This document shows, piece by piece, positions 25,780-39,560 of a stretch of DNA of 64,000 nt. Position numbers and translations under genes: made by a program. The stretch spans positions 15,090,421-15,154,420 of the forward strand of contig NC_081397.1 in the NCBI RefSeq assembly GCF_030684315.1, read 5' to 3'. The stretch's first letter is position 1. Each line of letters opens with the position of its first letter. Below the pieces are notes generated by a model that did no database searches, was not told where the DNA came from, and was given only the letters and a program-made list of their open reading frames with translations. Source of the stretch: Stegostoma tigrinum (lineage: Eukaryota).

Positions 25780-26380
25780 AGCAGCGCATGCGTGATCCTT
25801 GCTATGCCCACCCCGAAAAAGCTGCTTGTTGCTGACCAGAGGAGCGCATGCCTGAAGCTTTCCGCTGAGCCGCTATTGAGGGGCATTGACTCAGTGAGTG
25901 GAAGAGGTTTGTTTGAAACAGGCCGCAATGGAGAGACCAGCGCCCAGGGAAGCGAGGGAACAGCAGGCTCCTTCCAGCAGCGCATCGAGATGTGAGTCTG
26001 GGACACAGAGTGGGCTCCGAGACTGCCATTGATTCGGGCTCAGTTCAGGGAGACCCGGGGACTGTTGGTAAGAGGCCGAGCGGAGCAGGATAATAAAATG
26101 TGAGGCTGGATGAGCACAGCAGGCCAAGCAGCATCTCAGGAGCACAAAAGCTGACGTTTCGGGCCGAGACCCTTGATCAGAGAGCGGAGCAGGAACTGGT
26201 CCCGGAACTTGGAGTGAGCGGCCTGGGGGCGGGGAGAGGGAGGCCTTTCTCGGGCTGTGTGTGGGCCTGCTGAGGGAGACGCAGCGGCAAGAAGCTGCTG
26301 CTGGGGGTCAGGCTTGTCGCTTTTAGTCTTCTAAACACTGATGGAAATTCATTGTTTGGCTGCTGTTTCACGCTGTTAGT
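25780..26380 (+). other. Promoter plus first-exon cassette (copy B; coding 25928-25991)
   Basis: GCGCATGCGT 25784-25793; ATG 25928 in GCCGCAATGG; donor GTGAGT 25992. Confidence 0.65.
26091..26181 (-). mobile_element. 91-bp hammerhead-containing mini-insertion with 13-bp TSD
   Basis: GAGCGGAGCAGGA at 26078-26090 and 26182-26194; absent from copies A and E; core variant CTGATCA. Confidence 0.88.
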
Positions 26381-26797
26381 TGCGAGTTTGCATTGAACCG
26401 TGAATAAAACAAAGCAGTGTGTGCAAACGGGCTCATCCCGCGAAGGAGAAACATAGCAGTCACCGGATTAAGAGTTTCCAGCAAAATATTTGAAATCGTG
26501 CCTGTTGTGCTTCCCTTCAATAGTTCGTGTATTGGGAGCTGGATATTGAACCGTGTAAGCATTCCATTCGTGGATCTGGTTAGCTTTTGTATCTTAGTAA
26601 ATTGTTTTAGAATTTCGCTAAAAGAAAGAGGAGGAACCCGGGTTAGTTGTGTAACCGGACCCTTTTCTGTTCGACTCGTTGGCTTTAAAACAAGGAATTA
26701 TCATGAGTATTCACGAAATTTTCTATTGATGAGCTTTGATATTTTGAAACTCGGTAGATGTCGATTTACGGGAGAATTCTCTTTTGTCTTTCTCCAG

Positions 26798-26878
26798 GCA
26801 ATTATCTGATGTGTCAAGACAATGTCACGTTTCCGTGGTGCAACACCAAGTGTGACTAGCTGCTCCTACTAACAGCAG
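26798..26878 (+). pseudogene. Exon-2 copy, 81 nt (in-frame TAG, 1-nt deletion)
   Basis: TTTCTCCAG|GCAATTAT..AACAGCAG|GTATGTT. Confidence 0.55.
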
Positions 26879-27204
26879 GTATGTTCCCACTGTCAGAGCG
26901 GAGACTGTGCTTTCCACAGTCGCGGTTTAAGTAAGACTCGCATTGAACGCAATTTCCATAAAGAAACAATTAAACCAGCGAACAAATGCCACCAACAAAA
27001 TACAAAATGTAACCTTTTTTTTCCTCTTCTCAATATAAACTAACCCAGTTCCAGTAAAGTTTATCTTTGACAGCCCATTGTCATTCACAGCATTTGAAGA
27101 GAATAGATTGAATTTATGTCACAAATATACTCTCAATAACTACATTGAATTCACATTAAGCGAGGGTATTTTTATAGTTATAATCCAGGTATACAACCTG
27201 ATCA

Positions 27205-27390
27205 CAAGGTTTAGAGCTGGATGAACACAACAGGCCAAGCAGCATCATAGGAGCAGGAAAGCTGATGTTTCTGATGAAAAGTTTAGGCCCAAAATGTCAG
27301 CTTTCCTGCCCCTGAGATGCTGCTTGGCCTGCTGTCTTCATCCAGCTCCACACCTTGTTATCTCGGATTCTCCAGCATCTGCAGTTCCAT
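27205..27390. mobile_element. Fold-back mini-element from Penelope terminal repeats
   Basis: Inverted arms joined at a decayed hammerhead CTGATGAAAAGTTTAGGCCCAAAATGTC; similar at ~30450-30600 and ~35660-35757. Confidence 0.75.
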
Positions 27391-28559
27391 TTAAGTCTGA
27401 TACAAACAGATCAAGTTGTGACAATGACCATTATATGGAGTAGGTATTGAGTACAAATATGGAAGGAAACTTTTGATGTTTATCAGTGACTGAGGACAGA
27501 AATAGTAAACAAAAACAGAATTTTCTGGAAAAGCTCAGCAGGCCTGGCAGCATGCGTGAAGAGAAATCAGAATTAATGTTTCGGATCCAGTGACCTTTGC
27601 GCAGAACTGAGGAAGTGTTTGAAAAGTTAACCATGATTTCTCTTCACGTGCTGCCAGACCTGCTTTGCGTTTCCTGCAAATTCCATGTTTGTTTCTGACT
27701 TGCAGCACCTGAAGTTTTTTGAGTTTTTATTTAGGACTAAAATTATCTTTTGATGAATGATGTCCCATACAAAGACACAGAAATTAAATAATGTGAAATG
27801 CAAATGCACTTTCTCTGCCAAAGCCTGACAAGTAGAGAATGCAGCATGGTCTGTCAGATACAGAATAAAATTCTCCAAATAAATAAATGAAAAAAAAACT
27901 CAATATCCCAGTACACAAAGTGAAACTAAGTATCTCAGTAAAACTGGAAACAGCCTACACTGACTCACAGGGCCAGCTTTTTTAAAAGAAAAATAAGCTT
28001 GTCTGTCCATTTCTACATGATATCTTTACACTGACGCACTATCCAACACCTGGATTCATGAAAATGCCTCAGAAATACAGACCAAGTACGTGTCAGAAGC
28101 AGGCCATTCAGCCCATTGTGCTTGCTCTAGAACATTTGTACTCTTCAACTGTTTCCACAAATTGTTGGGAATATAATCTGCTCTCCACCTCCTTACCCCC
28201 TCAGACTGACAGAAAGCTCATAAACTGCAAATGGAAATGGGGTTAAGGCTCACTCTCTACGCCCTCATAACTATTCTCTCAGATTGAAGCACAGTCACAG
28301 AATATCACTGGTGGCCAGAGAATAAAACTATTTTGATGCACAAGAGTAGAAATTGATTATTTTGGATTGAGAACTTCACTCTCACAGTCACACAGCAAAA
28401 ACTGGTGTTTGCAACAATTACTAAACTCACAAATGGACATAACAGAAACGGAAAGGCATACATTAATAGTTGCTCTTGTTCACGTTGCAGTAACTGACAA
28501 GAAAAGAATGATAATAACTCTCACATTCTCATTGTTCAAAACAGGAGAGGGGTTTGACA

Positions 28560-29290
28560 GTTAATAGGAGGGCCGTGGGAAGTGTTCCCCAACAAAGACG
28601 CCAAGGTGTTTGTGTGCGTAGTTCATTGAAAGTGGAGTCGCAAGTAGATAAGGTGGTGAAGCAAGTGTTTGCCTTCATTGGTCAGTGCATTGAGAATAGG
28701 AGTTGAGATGTCATGTTGTGGCTGTACAGGAAATGTTTTGGGTCCACTTTTACTGCTTAAAGTTCTGGCCAAACTGCTGTCGGAAGGAAGTTGTTGAACT
28801 GGAGAGGGCGCAGCAAATATTTACAGAGATGTTAGCTGGACCAGATGGTGTGAACTGTTTGGAGAGGGTGAACAGGCTCGGGCTTTCTCCCCTGCAGCGT
28901 CAGAGACCGAGGGGTGACCTTGTAGAGGTTTATAAAGTCATGAGGGGCATGGATAGGGTGAATAGCCATGGTCTCTTTTTCTCGGGTGGTGGAGCCGAAA
29001 CCTTAAGGGCATAGGTTTACAGTGAGAGGGTCAATGTTAAAAGAGACCTGAGGGAGATTTCTTTAGTGCAGAGTGTGGGGCATGTCTGGAACAAGCTGAC
29101 AGAGGTACGCCTTGTGGAGGGTACAATGATAAGTTTTAAACACCATTGGACGGGTAGATGAACAGGTCGACATGAGAGGGATATGTGCAAAATGCTGGCA
29201 AATGGGACGAGGTCAGATTGGGATGTTAATCTATTGCAGACCAGTTGGATGAAAGGGTCTGTTCCCATTCTGTTTCACTCATGGACGCTG
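28560..29290 (+). mobile_element. CR1 LINE 3' fragment
   Basis: LERAQQIFTEML..RGDLVEVYKVMRGMDRV. Confidence 0.85.
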
Positions 29291-32167
29291 TGATGCTCGA
29301 ACTGATTCTGTACATAAATACAGATACTGCAAGGACAAGTCAGAGTCTGGGTATCCTGCAGTGAGTGTCTGGTCTCCTGCTTCCCCAAATCCTATCCAAC
29401 ATCTCATGTGATCAAGTCAGGAATGTGATGGTTTAGCCCCACTTACCCGGATGAGTGCAGCTCCACAAACACACCAGAAGCAAGATACCATCCAGGAGAG
29501 AAACACTTGATTGGCTCCACATCCGCAAACGTCCATTCCCTCAGACACCAATACTCAAGCAGCAATGTGTACCTTCCAGAAGATGCACAGCTGGAATTCA
29601 CCAATGCTCCATAGACAGTGCCTTCCAAGCCCACGACCACTTCCATCTAGATACCACTGTGACACAGGGTGTCATCCAATACTTATGTGTTGCTTCAGTG
29701 AGAATGTCCCATTTCTTTCATTTCTCTGTCTGTTCTTTCAACATTGAATTAATACTTATGGGATAAACTTCAAGGTGAATGAATACGATAGTTAACAGCT
29801 CACTTGGATCAGATATTGTCATTGAACAGTGGAGCAAATTGAATGGGCCAAATTTTCAATCCACTTCTTTGATTCCCTGCAGGAGTGAAACTCCAGACCT
29901 TGGACAAAGACTCGGGGCAGGCAGAATTCAGGCCCGTGGCAGTATTTCGTCAACCAGTCACCAGATCATGTGGGGAGAGGGCCACAGCCACCCCTCTTGA
30001 AGATGCAGTTACATCATTAATTTTTAGCTCAGATTGGAAAGCGATTGATGACACTCTGATTCTCACAGTGGAATACAGTATTATACATTTTGTTGCAGTG
30101 ATTCAATGCAACGGGATCACTGTGCCTTTCCCCTTATTCTATACAACAAATCCTTTGAAACTCCTAACTGAAGATGGGCCCTCTATTAGCCAGGCCAAGA
30201 GTCGCCACAATCACATAATGTTTAACAGACAATGTAATCACCAGGCCATGGGATCTTTCCATGCATCTATTAATTCGCTTTTCAAAGTTACTGGCTGTAC
30301 ACCTTCAGTCATGCCCCAGAATCGCTTACCTATCAGGCTATCTTGAATTCTGCTGTCAATTGTATTAATTTTGTGTCTCTATTAAATTCTGTTACTCCTC
30401 TTATTTTCCCACTGTCTGAATCATAATAAAACAGACAGTTGACTCCTACTAGGAGGCCAGGCAGCATCAGAGTATCAGGAAAGTTGATGCTTCTGAAGAA
30501 GAGTCCTGACCCACAACTTAAACTTTCCTGCACCTCTGATGCTGCCTGGCCTGCTGTGTTCCTCCAGCTCCACATTGTGTTATCTCCAACTGCAGCATTG
30601 GCAGGGCTTACTATTGCTGAGTTGATTCTTACGACTTGCTGTGAGATTCATGATATTAATTGTATTCTAAAGTGAGTTTTATTTAAAGCATTATGCTTAC
30701 CCTACTCTTAGCTCTGTTGGAGCTAATGAATTGTGAGCCATTTGCTTCTTATTGGATGCACCAGGCATTCCTTTAGTGACATAGGAAACCTTCTGGTGAC
30801 TAATTAACTTTCATACCCATGTTTGAATCTTCTCCCCTAATGCTTATATATAGATTTAGAATTACATTGAAATCCATCTGAAGGATCTTTAACTGGAACC
30901 AATTTCTTAATAGCGTGAATATTGCTGCAAGATGGAGTTATCTGCTGTTTTCATGATTAGCTAGGCCAGCTGTCTTTGGGATGATTGACACCCCTCGTCC
31001 TAACTAACTATATTCATCTAATGGGACAACATCCTTTCATTAAAGGGACTGAAGTCAATTGCTTATCAATTTTAATGAACTTGTTTGATTCTGTAGATTT
31101 TTTTATGAGCCATAATCCCATGAGTTCAACTGTTTGTTTCTTGCAGAATTTACTGTCCCCTTCAATCTTTGTTGCAAACCTTCAAACTGTCTCCAACAAA
31201 TCTTGCAGCTGTTGTTTGTGCAATGCTCCCTTTTGCCTCGGAATAACCTCTTCTCCAAAGTACCATTGTGTCTTTGTTAAATGCTGGAGCAGGCTTTATT
31301 CATTCGTTCTGTTTAACCACGTGTCAGTCATAGGCAGCAGGGCTAGAGGAACAGCTTAGCTGCCAGCCATTCGGTGTCTCTTCGACTTGGGCAGCCCGAA
31401 CATTGCTCATTCAATTCTGAGATAGCTGGAGGCAGGGAGTTATTAACATGACCTGGGGAAGAGCTCTATTATTGCTCCACAAAGGGCCGACGCCTCAGGT
31501 TGAAGCATTCTCTGCCCTTTTCCCCACAGCCCCAGTTGCTTTCTTCACAGTAGGAGAGAAGGGAATTAGGGAATGACCCATTGATGTTTGTTGTTGGGAA
31601 TTATTGGGAAAAGCAGTCCATGCCATTGGTGGCCCTGCCCCAAATGCTGCTTGTTTGGCTACTGTTTCACACTGTTTATCGTCATTGTGCAAAGAATAGT
31701 GGAAACACAGGCAAGATGGTGGAAATATAAGAATCCTGTAAAGGATGCAGATTGGAGTCAACAGATTCTATGTCTCGAGCAAAAACATTTGAAATAGTGT
31801 TTGTTGTGCTTCTTTACAACAGTTAGTGTGTTGGGATCTGGTAACACAAACTGTGTCAATATTACAGCATCCTCAGGTAGCACCTTTAGATGCAGCTGTG
31901 CAATTGTTCAGTTTCTGGACCTCGCTGAGTTAGACCTGTGTTTGAATTGATGGCTTCAAAGAAAAGGCCGAAGTCTCACGATTTGTGTGATAGTCCAATA
32001 GGCTTATTTTAAAATCTCAAGCTTTTGGAGCTCTGCTGCATTGTCAGGTGAAGTTGAAGAAAAGAAACATCCTAATAATTATCAACTGAATGTACGTTAA
32101 TCTGTTTGAGATTGTCAAACCTGGCTGATGCTGATTTACAGAATGTTTCTCTTCTGTTTTCATCCAG

Positions 32168-32249
32168 GCAAATACATGAAGGACCAAGACAGTGTATCAT
32201 TTCCTTGGTGCAAAGCCAAGTGTGAGCAGCTGCTTCTCACAAACAGCAG
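32168..32249 (+). other. 82-nt exon-2 copy, open frame (CKYMKDQDSVSFPWCKAKCEQLLLTNS)
   Basis: TTCATCCAG|GC..AGCAG|GTATGTT; upstream 31430-31590 matches 25600-25760, but exon 1 is not recognisable. Confidence 0.6.
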
Positions 32250-33931
32250 GTATGTTACCGCTGTCAGAATGGATCATTTCCACAGGCGTCGAGCAGTTTG
32301 AGTCAGAGACACGGTGATCTCAATTTCCAGAGAAATGCATTCAAGCCAACAGTCAAATACAAGCAACAAAATACAAGTAGTTTGTTTTCTCTCTTCCCAA
32401 TGCACACCTCCTCGGTTGCTATAATTTTCTTCATTCATAGCCTACTGATATTTACAACATTTTTGAAAAGTCACAGACTGAATCTTCATCTGAGACGGAC
32501 ACCGAGGAACTGCACTAAATCTGCATTTAGTAAGCATGTTTTTCAAGTTACTGTCAAGTGAAGAAATAGTTCATGCAGTTACATAGTTACTTCGCACAGT
32601 GTGAGTACAGATATGGAAGAAAACATTCACGTTATCAGTAACTGAGCAGGACGGTGTCTATGTTTTGACAAATTGATGTCCCATGCATAGAGAGAAGAAT
32701 TAAATAATGTGACTTCCAAATGTGTGACATAAAATGGTTACTGAGAGCACATAACATAAACTGCACATGCGCGCGCGCACACACGCACCGACTTACTGAG
32801 TGATTTACAATGTATTCCAAATACATAGATGCACTGTTCCAACACACATTCCTCAACATCTAATAGCCATGAAGACCATGTACACTTCAAGCCTCAGCAC
32901 ATGTAACACTAAAAATGATTTCTACTCTCAGATTTCAGGTCAGAGAGCTAGCCTTCTATGAAAGAGACAAACAGAACAAAAAGTGAGCTCAGTTCTCCAA
33001 TCTCCATGCACTCCCTGTAGGATTTAACTACATGGTAATGGCCATGGTCATAAATTAAGTATCAATTGTTTGCGACATCATTAAAAAAAATTGTGTGAAT
33101 TTTTTGACATAATTACTTCCCATGAAGTAGTCCAAGTAGTAGATTGAACAAGAGATTCATTGTACCTCCAAATATCTCACGGTGTCTTAGACTGAGAGAG
33201 GTAACTGAAGTTTTTTTTTCCTTTTGTACAAACTGGAGGAATTGCATATCAGGACAAGTGTCAGATTGAAACCTATATTGCCATTGAATTTGTTTACCCC
33301 ACAAACTGAATAGCAGAACCCACTGCCGAATATAAAGTTTTAAATCTACCTGAAGGAAATTAAATATTGACCTGAAAACAGGCAGAAAATAACATATGTT
33401 CAAGCAGATACCAAGTTTTTTGACTTACAATTAAGAATGATTCGTACAGTGAACTTGCAACAAAAATGTGCACATTAAACTCAACACATTCAAACCAGAG
33501 ACTGACCAATATTAGAATAAAACTTAAACTGTACCATAGAATGAATATTGTGGAACATACTCAAACTTCAGCCGCACTGCTAGAGTTAGCGAATGGTATA
33601 AACACTGACGGTTTCACTTACAGCACCTTACATAGCTGCAGATAAAATCTTATTCATGTTAATGAGCAGATATTTGAACATCAAAGAAAACCTGCAGATG
33701 TTGAAAGAGCAATATTCAGCTGAAACTGACAGTCACAGATCGATAACTTCACTTGCACATTTACACAGCAGAAACTTGACAGGGAGAGAATGATAAATGC
33801 ATTTACAAATCAGATAGCGACAGGTATAGCTTAATAATTAGTTTCTCAGATTTACAGGGCAGGGTCTGACTGGCAGAAATGAGAGAAAATACTCTCTCAG
33901 CCAGAGAGAAGAAAGTGACAATCACATATCA

Positions 33932-34993
33932 TTGAGGCAGAGAGTAGTAGTAGAAGGGAGTTTCTCAAATTGGAGACCTGTGACCGGTCGTGTTCCACAG
34001 GGATCTGTGCTGGGACCACTGTTGTTTGTGATATACATAAATGATCTGGAGGAAGGTGTAGGTGGTCTGTGCAGCAAGTTTGCAGATGACATTAAGATTG
34101 GTGGAGTAGCAGATAGTGAGGGGGACTGTCAGAGATGACAGCAGAATATAAATAGACTGGAGAGTTGGGCAGATGGAGTTCAATCCGTGCAAATGCGAGG
34201 TGATGCATTTTGGAAGATTTAATTCAAGGGTGTACTATACAGTAAATGGAAGAGTCCTAGGGAAAATTGATGAACAGAGAGATCTGGGTGTTCAGGTCCT
34301 TTGTTCCCTGAAGGTGGCAACGCAGGTCAATAGTGTGGTCAAGAAGGCATATGGCATGCTTTCCTTCATCGGACGGGGTATTGAGTACAAGAGTTGGCAG
34401 GTCATGTTACAGTTGTATCAGACATTAGTTCGGCCACATTTAGAATACTGTGTACAGTTCTGGTCGCCAGATCACCAACAGGATGTGGACTGTTTGGAGA
34501 GGGTGCAGGGGAGGTTTACCAGGATGTTGCCTGGTATGGAGGGTGCTGGCTATGAAGAGAGGTTGAGTAGATTAGGATTATTTTCATTAGAAAGACGGAG
34601 AGTGAGGCGGGGATCTGAATGAGGTCTACAAAATCATGAGGGATATAGACAGGGTGGATAGCAAGAAGCTTTTTCCCAGTGTGGGGGACTCAATTACTAT
34701 GGGTCCTGAGTTCAAAGTGAGAGGATGAAAGGTTAAGGGAGATATGTGTGGAAAGTTCTTTATACAGAGGGTGACGGGTGCCTCGAATGCGTTGCCAGTG
34801 GAGGTAGTAGATGCAGACACATTAGCATTTTTTGAGATCTATTTGGACAGGTATCTGGATGGGCAGGGAGCAAAGGGACACAGACCCTTAGAAAATAGAT
34901 GACAGGTTAGACAGAGGATCTCGATCGGCACAGGCTTGGAGGGCGGAAGGGTATTTTCCTGTGCTGTAATTTTCTTTGTTCTCTTTATTCTTT
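33932..34993 (+). mobile_element. CR1 LINE fragment inside a 49-bp array
   Basis: [24 protein letters not shown]; RPHLEYCVQFWSP; tail (TTCTTTG)-like. Confidence 0.92.
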
Positions 34994-34994
34994 G

Positions 34995-35850
34995 TATATC
35001 GATAACTACACTCTTGTCTTCACGTATCAGAAAACGACAGGGACAATGACAATTATGCACACATTCAGAATGCAAAATAACTGACAGGTACAGATTGATA
35101 AATATATGCACACATTATGAAAATGTAGAGATTGTGATCTATATTTGCACATTCACAGAAATTTGACATTTTTTTTGCAATGCACTCCCACATTCATGAC
35201 GCAGGAATGGATGGGTATTGATTGACAACTAAACTCACATATGACACAGCAGAAACTGAGAGGGGCAGTTTGATAATTACAATCACATCTTCACGAGCAG
35301 CTACTGACAAATACAGATCAATAGCTACACCCAGTTCTTCACAAAACCAAAGTTAACAGGTACAGATTAATAACTAAATTCCTGTCTTGATGATACAGAA
35401 ACTGCTAGGTACAGGTTTATAAAAATGCTCACACATTCCCCAAGCAGAAACTGACAGGAATATATTAAAAACAAAACCTCAGTTTCTGCTCCATGAATGT
35501 ATCAGGGATAGACTGACAATTACACAAACACATTTGAATATTCTGATTTCAGATACTGACAGGGACAGATTGACAACTTCATTCATTGACACACACACAC
35601 ACACACACACACCCCTGAAACTGACAGGCAAACTATGATAAATGTATTCACACCTCTACAACTTTCTGAAGAAGGGCCCAGGCCCGAAACATCAGCTTTC
35701 CTGTTCCTCTGATGCTGCTTAGCATGCTGTGTTCATCCAGCTCTGTGCCTTGTTATAACAGATTTATAACTACACTGTCAGATACACACGGGAGAAACTG
35801 AAAGTTACAGATTGGTAAATATGCTCATGCTGGCATGCAGCAAAAACTGA
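34995..35850 (+). repeat. Degenerate ~49-bp tandem array (also 33650-33930) with a (CA)n tract
   Basis: Recurring GCAGAAACTGACAGGTACAGATTGATAACTACAC variants. Confidence 0.75.
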
Positions 35851-37653
35851 CACAAAAAAAAACAGCTCCTGTAAACCGTCATCAGATGGGTTTGAAAACA
35901 TTTAACTGATCAATTCAACATCTAGCTAATAAGCATTCAGATATTTAGATTATCACCAGGAATTCGAACAGAACTGTGGGTCTGATTGCACTCTTGCCCT
36001 GAGCTGCACTACATTTGATCAATTTTAAAAACTTCAACTCTAATTGAGTGATGCACAGAAAGTAACTAACACCCGTACAGCTCCATGACTAGAACTACCT
36101 AATGCAAGCTTGTCTGTGCATATGTGTTTAGTTACTGATCCATGCATGTCAGTTGCTACCTGTTGAATGTGTGTGTGTAGTTATCAATGTGTCCCTCTAA
36201 ATCTTTGGCAAATTACTTCTGTATTACACAGCAGAGACTGACAGGGAAACATTGGTCTAGACCAATCAATCATTGTAAAAATGGTACAGAACAGAAGGAG
36301 GTCATTTGGTGCATCATGTCCATGCTGACCCAAACACCCCCAGATGGGCATCACAATCACATCTTCCTGCACACATCCCATAGCCCTGCAGGTTTCATTC
36401 TATTATCCTTCAGAACTTGGTCCATATGTGACAGACCATCAAAAGAGGAGAGCCAAATTATTTTGTGAAGAATTTGGAAACTAAAATTTAACACTGAGGA
36501 CCATTGGGTGAGTACCCAGGTTTTAGATAATGAGATTTTTTTGAAAAGAACCGTTGTTATGGAACAAGATGGACAGCCACACTCCATTGATCTTTCAATC
36601 TTCCTGCATTCGAAAACTGAGCATTTTAAATGTTTCATGTAAAGTGGAGAGCCAGTTACCATTTAAATTATTATTTTTTAAAAAATAAATGTCCATGATT
36701 ATAAAATCTTCTAGCGTACAACAGAACAAAAAAATTCTAGTTCCACAAGATGAAGAATTTGAGAACAATCCTGCGATAAAGGTGGAGATGGTAGTTCCCC
36801 TGCCACCGTGATACATTTATGGAAATTGAATGCTGGCTGAATGGATGTAATTATTGGCTTGTTGTTTCTATCATTGCTGGCTTGGAGAGACAGGACTGTT
36901 TGCTGTGCTGTTGTTGTCTATGACTAGATATGTGTGAGTGATGATCATTTTGTATAGATCATGTATCTGTTGCTGGAGTTTAAATGGAACTCCATAGCTG
37001 TTAGTCCTTGGATCACATCTTTAGTTATGATGTCTGTATTTTGAAATAGTTCTGAGTCAGTCAGTACCTGTACCTGTCAGTCCATCCACGTGGAAACAAA
37101 GCAAGTAATATTACAGGTCCCGTCACACTTCCTCAGAACAGAGGTTCAACTTCAGAACATTCATTTCCATACTCATATGCTGATAGACTTGCTGAGATTT
37201 TGCAGCAATTTCTACTTTTGTTGCTGATTTCCAGCATCTGCAGTTCCTTGGGTTTTTCTCATTTGTCAGGCATGTGTGTTTGAAGTTGTCATGATTTGAT
37301 AAATGTATGCACACATTATAAAAATGTAGAGATTGAGATGAATGAAATGACATGAATGGATCAGTAACTAAACTCATATGCACAGACAAGCTTGCATTAG
37401 GTAGTTCCAGTCATGGAGCTGTACGGGGGTTGGTTACTTTCTGTGCATCACTCAGAGTTGAATTTTTCAAAATTGATCAAATGTAGTGCAGCTCAGGGCA
37501 AGAGTGCAATCAGGCCCACAGTTCTGTTAAAATTCCTGGTGATAATTTAAATATCTGAATGTTTATTAGCGAAATGTTGAATTGATCAGTCAAATGTTTT
37601 CAAACCCATCTGATGACGGTTTACAGGAGCTATCTGTTTTTTCCTTCCTGCAG

Positions 37654-37735
37654 ACAAACGCTTGAAGGAACAAGGCAATGTATCATTTCTTCAGTACAAA
37701 GCCAATTGTGACCAGCTCGTCCTAACAAACAGCAG
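37654..37735 (+). other. 82-nt exon-2 copy, open frame (KRLKEQGNVSFLQYKANCDQLVLTNS)
   Basis: TTCCTTCCTGCAG|AC..AGCAG|GTATGTT. Confidence 0.6.
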
Positions 37736-38229
37736 GTATGTTCCCACTGTCACAGCAGAGAACGTCCTTTCCACAGTCACGGAGCAGATTGAGTCAGACA
37801 CCGTTGAACTTTAATTTCCAGTCAGACATGTTCAAACCGACAATAAAACAACACGGAGGAATGCCACTTTATTTTGCTTCTCTCTCCATTCAAAATACCC
37901 AGTTCAAACAGATTTCACCTAACATAACCCATTGACATTTACACCATTTTTGAAGATGGGTAGACTGAATCCTTATCCAAAGTATACCCTCAGGACTTGA
38001 AGAAAATCTGCATAGAATTACTCTGATATCAACTCCACATAATGAATCACGCTTCCACGGATAATATTTTTGGCTGCCTGAAACCTAATCCACTTTTAGG
38101 AGTAGAAAGTGACCAGTACGCATGGATACCTAACCTCACACATTCGTATTGTAGGGTCAGACGAAAAAAATAGTATTTGACCATATTGATACTTCAGAAA
38201 CTGCAAGTAAAAGGTTGATTAAAAATGTT

Positions 38230-38800
38230 CACATAGTCACATAATAGAAACTATCATGCATATATTCATTGATGTACTCGCTTTCACAGAGACTGAAACT
38301 GGCAGGAATATATTGATGATAACACTCCCAATTTCACAGAGCATCAAGTGACAGCTACAAACTTAAAACTGCAATCACAAATCCACAGAGAGACAGGCAC
38401 GGATTGCTGACTGTACTCAAATATTCAGAGTAGGTTCTCACAGGTACATCTTGGTAACTGGACGCTCAAATTGACAGAGAAGCAAATGATAGGTGCATGT
38501 TGCTTTCATGCACATATCCAAATGGACGAACTTGACAGGAACAGATTGATAACAACCTTGGACATAGCAAGAACTGCAGATGCTGGAATCAGCCTTCCCA
38601 GTTACACACAGCATAAACTGACTGACATGTACAGTTTGATAATTACTCTCATTCACAGAGCGGAATCTGAAACGTCCTTATTGATAACTGTACTCACATG
38701 GCCACCAAGCGGAAACTGACAGAGTTTGATCACAGTGACAGTTAAATTGCGGAAATTGACAGATACATGTTGATAATTACTTTCACGCTTGCCTTGCAGG
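38230..38800 (+). repeat. Degenerate ~49-bp tandem array
   Basis: Periodic GAAACTGACAG..TTGATAAC. Confidence 0.7.
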
Positions 38801-38824
38801 AAATGTCAGGGTCAGTTCATTAAA

Positions 38825-39560
38825 TACGATGCTGTTGACTTGCTCACTGAGCTTGTAAGTTTGTTCACAGACATTTCATCACCATACGACATAACATCAT
38901 CAGTGCACCGTGAATGAAACGTTGGTATTCTGTCCTTCTTGCTATTTATGTGCCTCAGTTTGCTGGGGTGGTGAGCAACACTTCCAGATTGGTTTCTTAG
39001 TGGTTGGTGTGTGGTGTCCAGCTGGACATGTTTGTTAATGGAGTTCTAGTTTGAATTCTCGTGCATGTCTTTGTTTGGGATGTCCTCTGATGGCTACGTT
39101 GTCCCAGTCAAACAGGTGTCCCTCTTTATCCATGTGCATTAAGGTGAGTGATAGTTGGCCATGACTTTTGGCAGCGAGTTGATGCCCATGAATCCTGATG
39201 GCGGGTTTTCTCCCGGTTTGCCTTGGGTAAGGTTTGTGGCAGTATTTGCATGGTATCTTGTAAATCGCATTGGTTCTGCTAATTGTGAATGTTGGATCCT
39301 TCATTCTCAACAGCGGCTGTCACTTCGTGGGCTATCATGATTCTTACGAGGTAGAGTAACCTGGTGGTTATTTCACACCCTCAGTGCATAGTCTGGTGAC
39401 TACTATCACTGGATGTGTTGTGTCTTCCTGTTGCCATCAGTTGTGTGGCATCTGCGAACAATGCATTTTGAGTAACTGTCATTTCTAAAGACACTATCTG
39501 TGTTCTTCCTTGGCTTTATGAAACTCCGGGATGCTGCAGTGTGTTGTGGCTCACTTGAAC
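38825..39560 (-). mobile_element. Penelope-like (Poseidon-type) element fragment
   Basis: RTNAIYKIPCKYCHKPY..QTGRK..RIHGH..FDWDNV..HAREF; decayed hammerhead near 38865-38905. Confidence 0.85.

Noticed and set aside
29883-30000. Candidate exon 3 (CCCTGCAG|GAGTGAA.., phase-compatible); also CTTACAG|GAG near 54068
   Set aside because: Not conserved among units in sequence or frame; cannot be supported without transcripts.
30000-31400. Unique segment with faint resemblance to a decayed LTR-element interior
   Set aside because: No convincing motif, LTR or primer-binding site visible.
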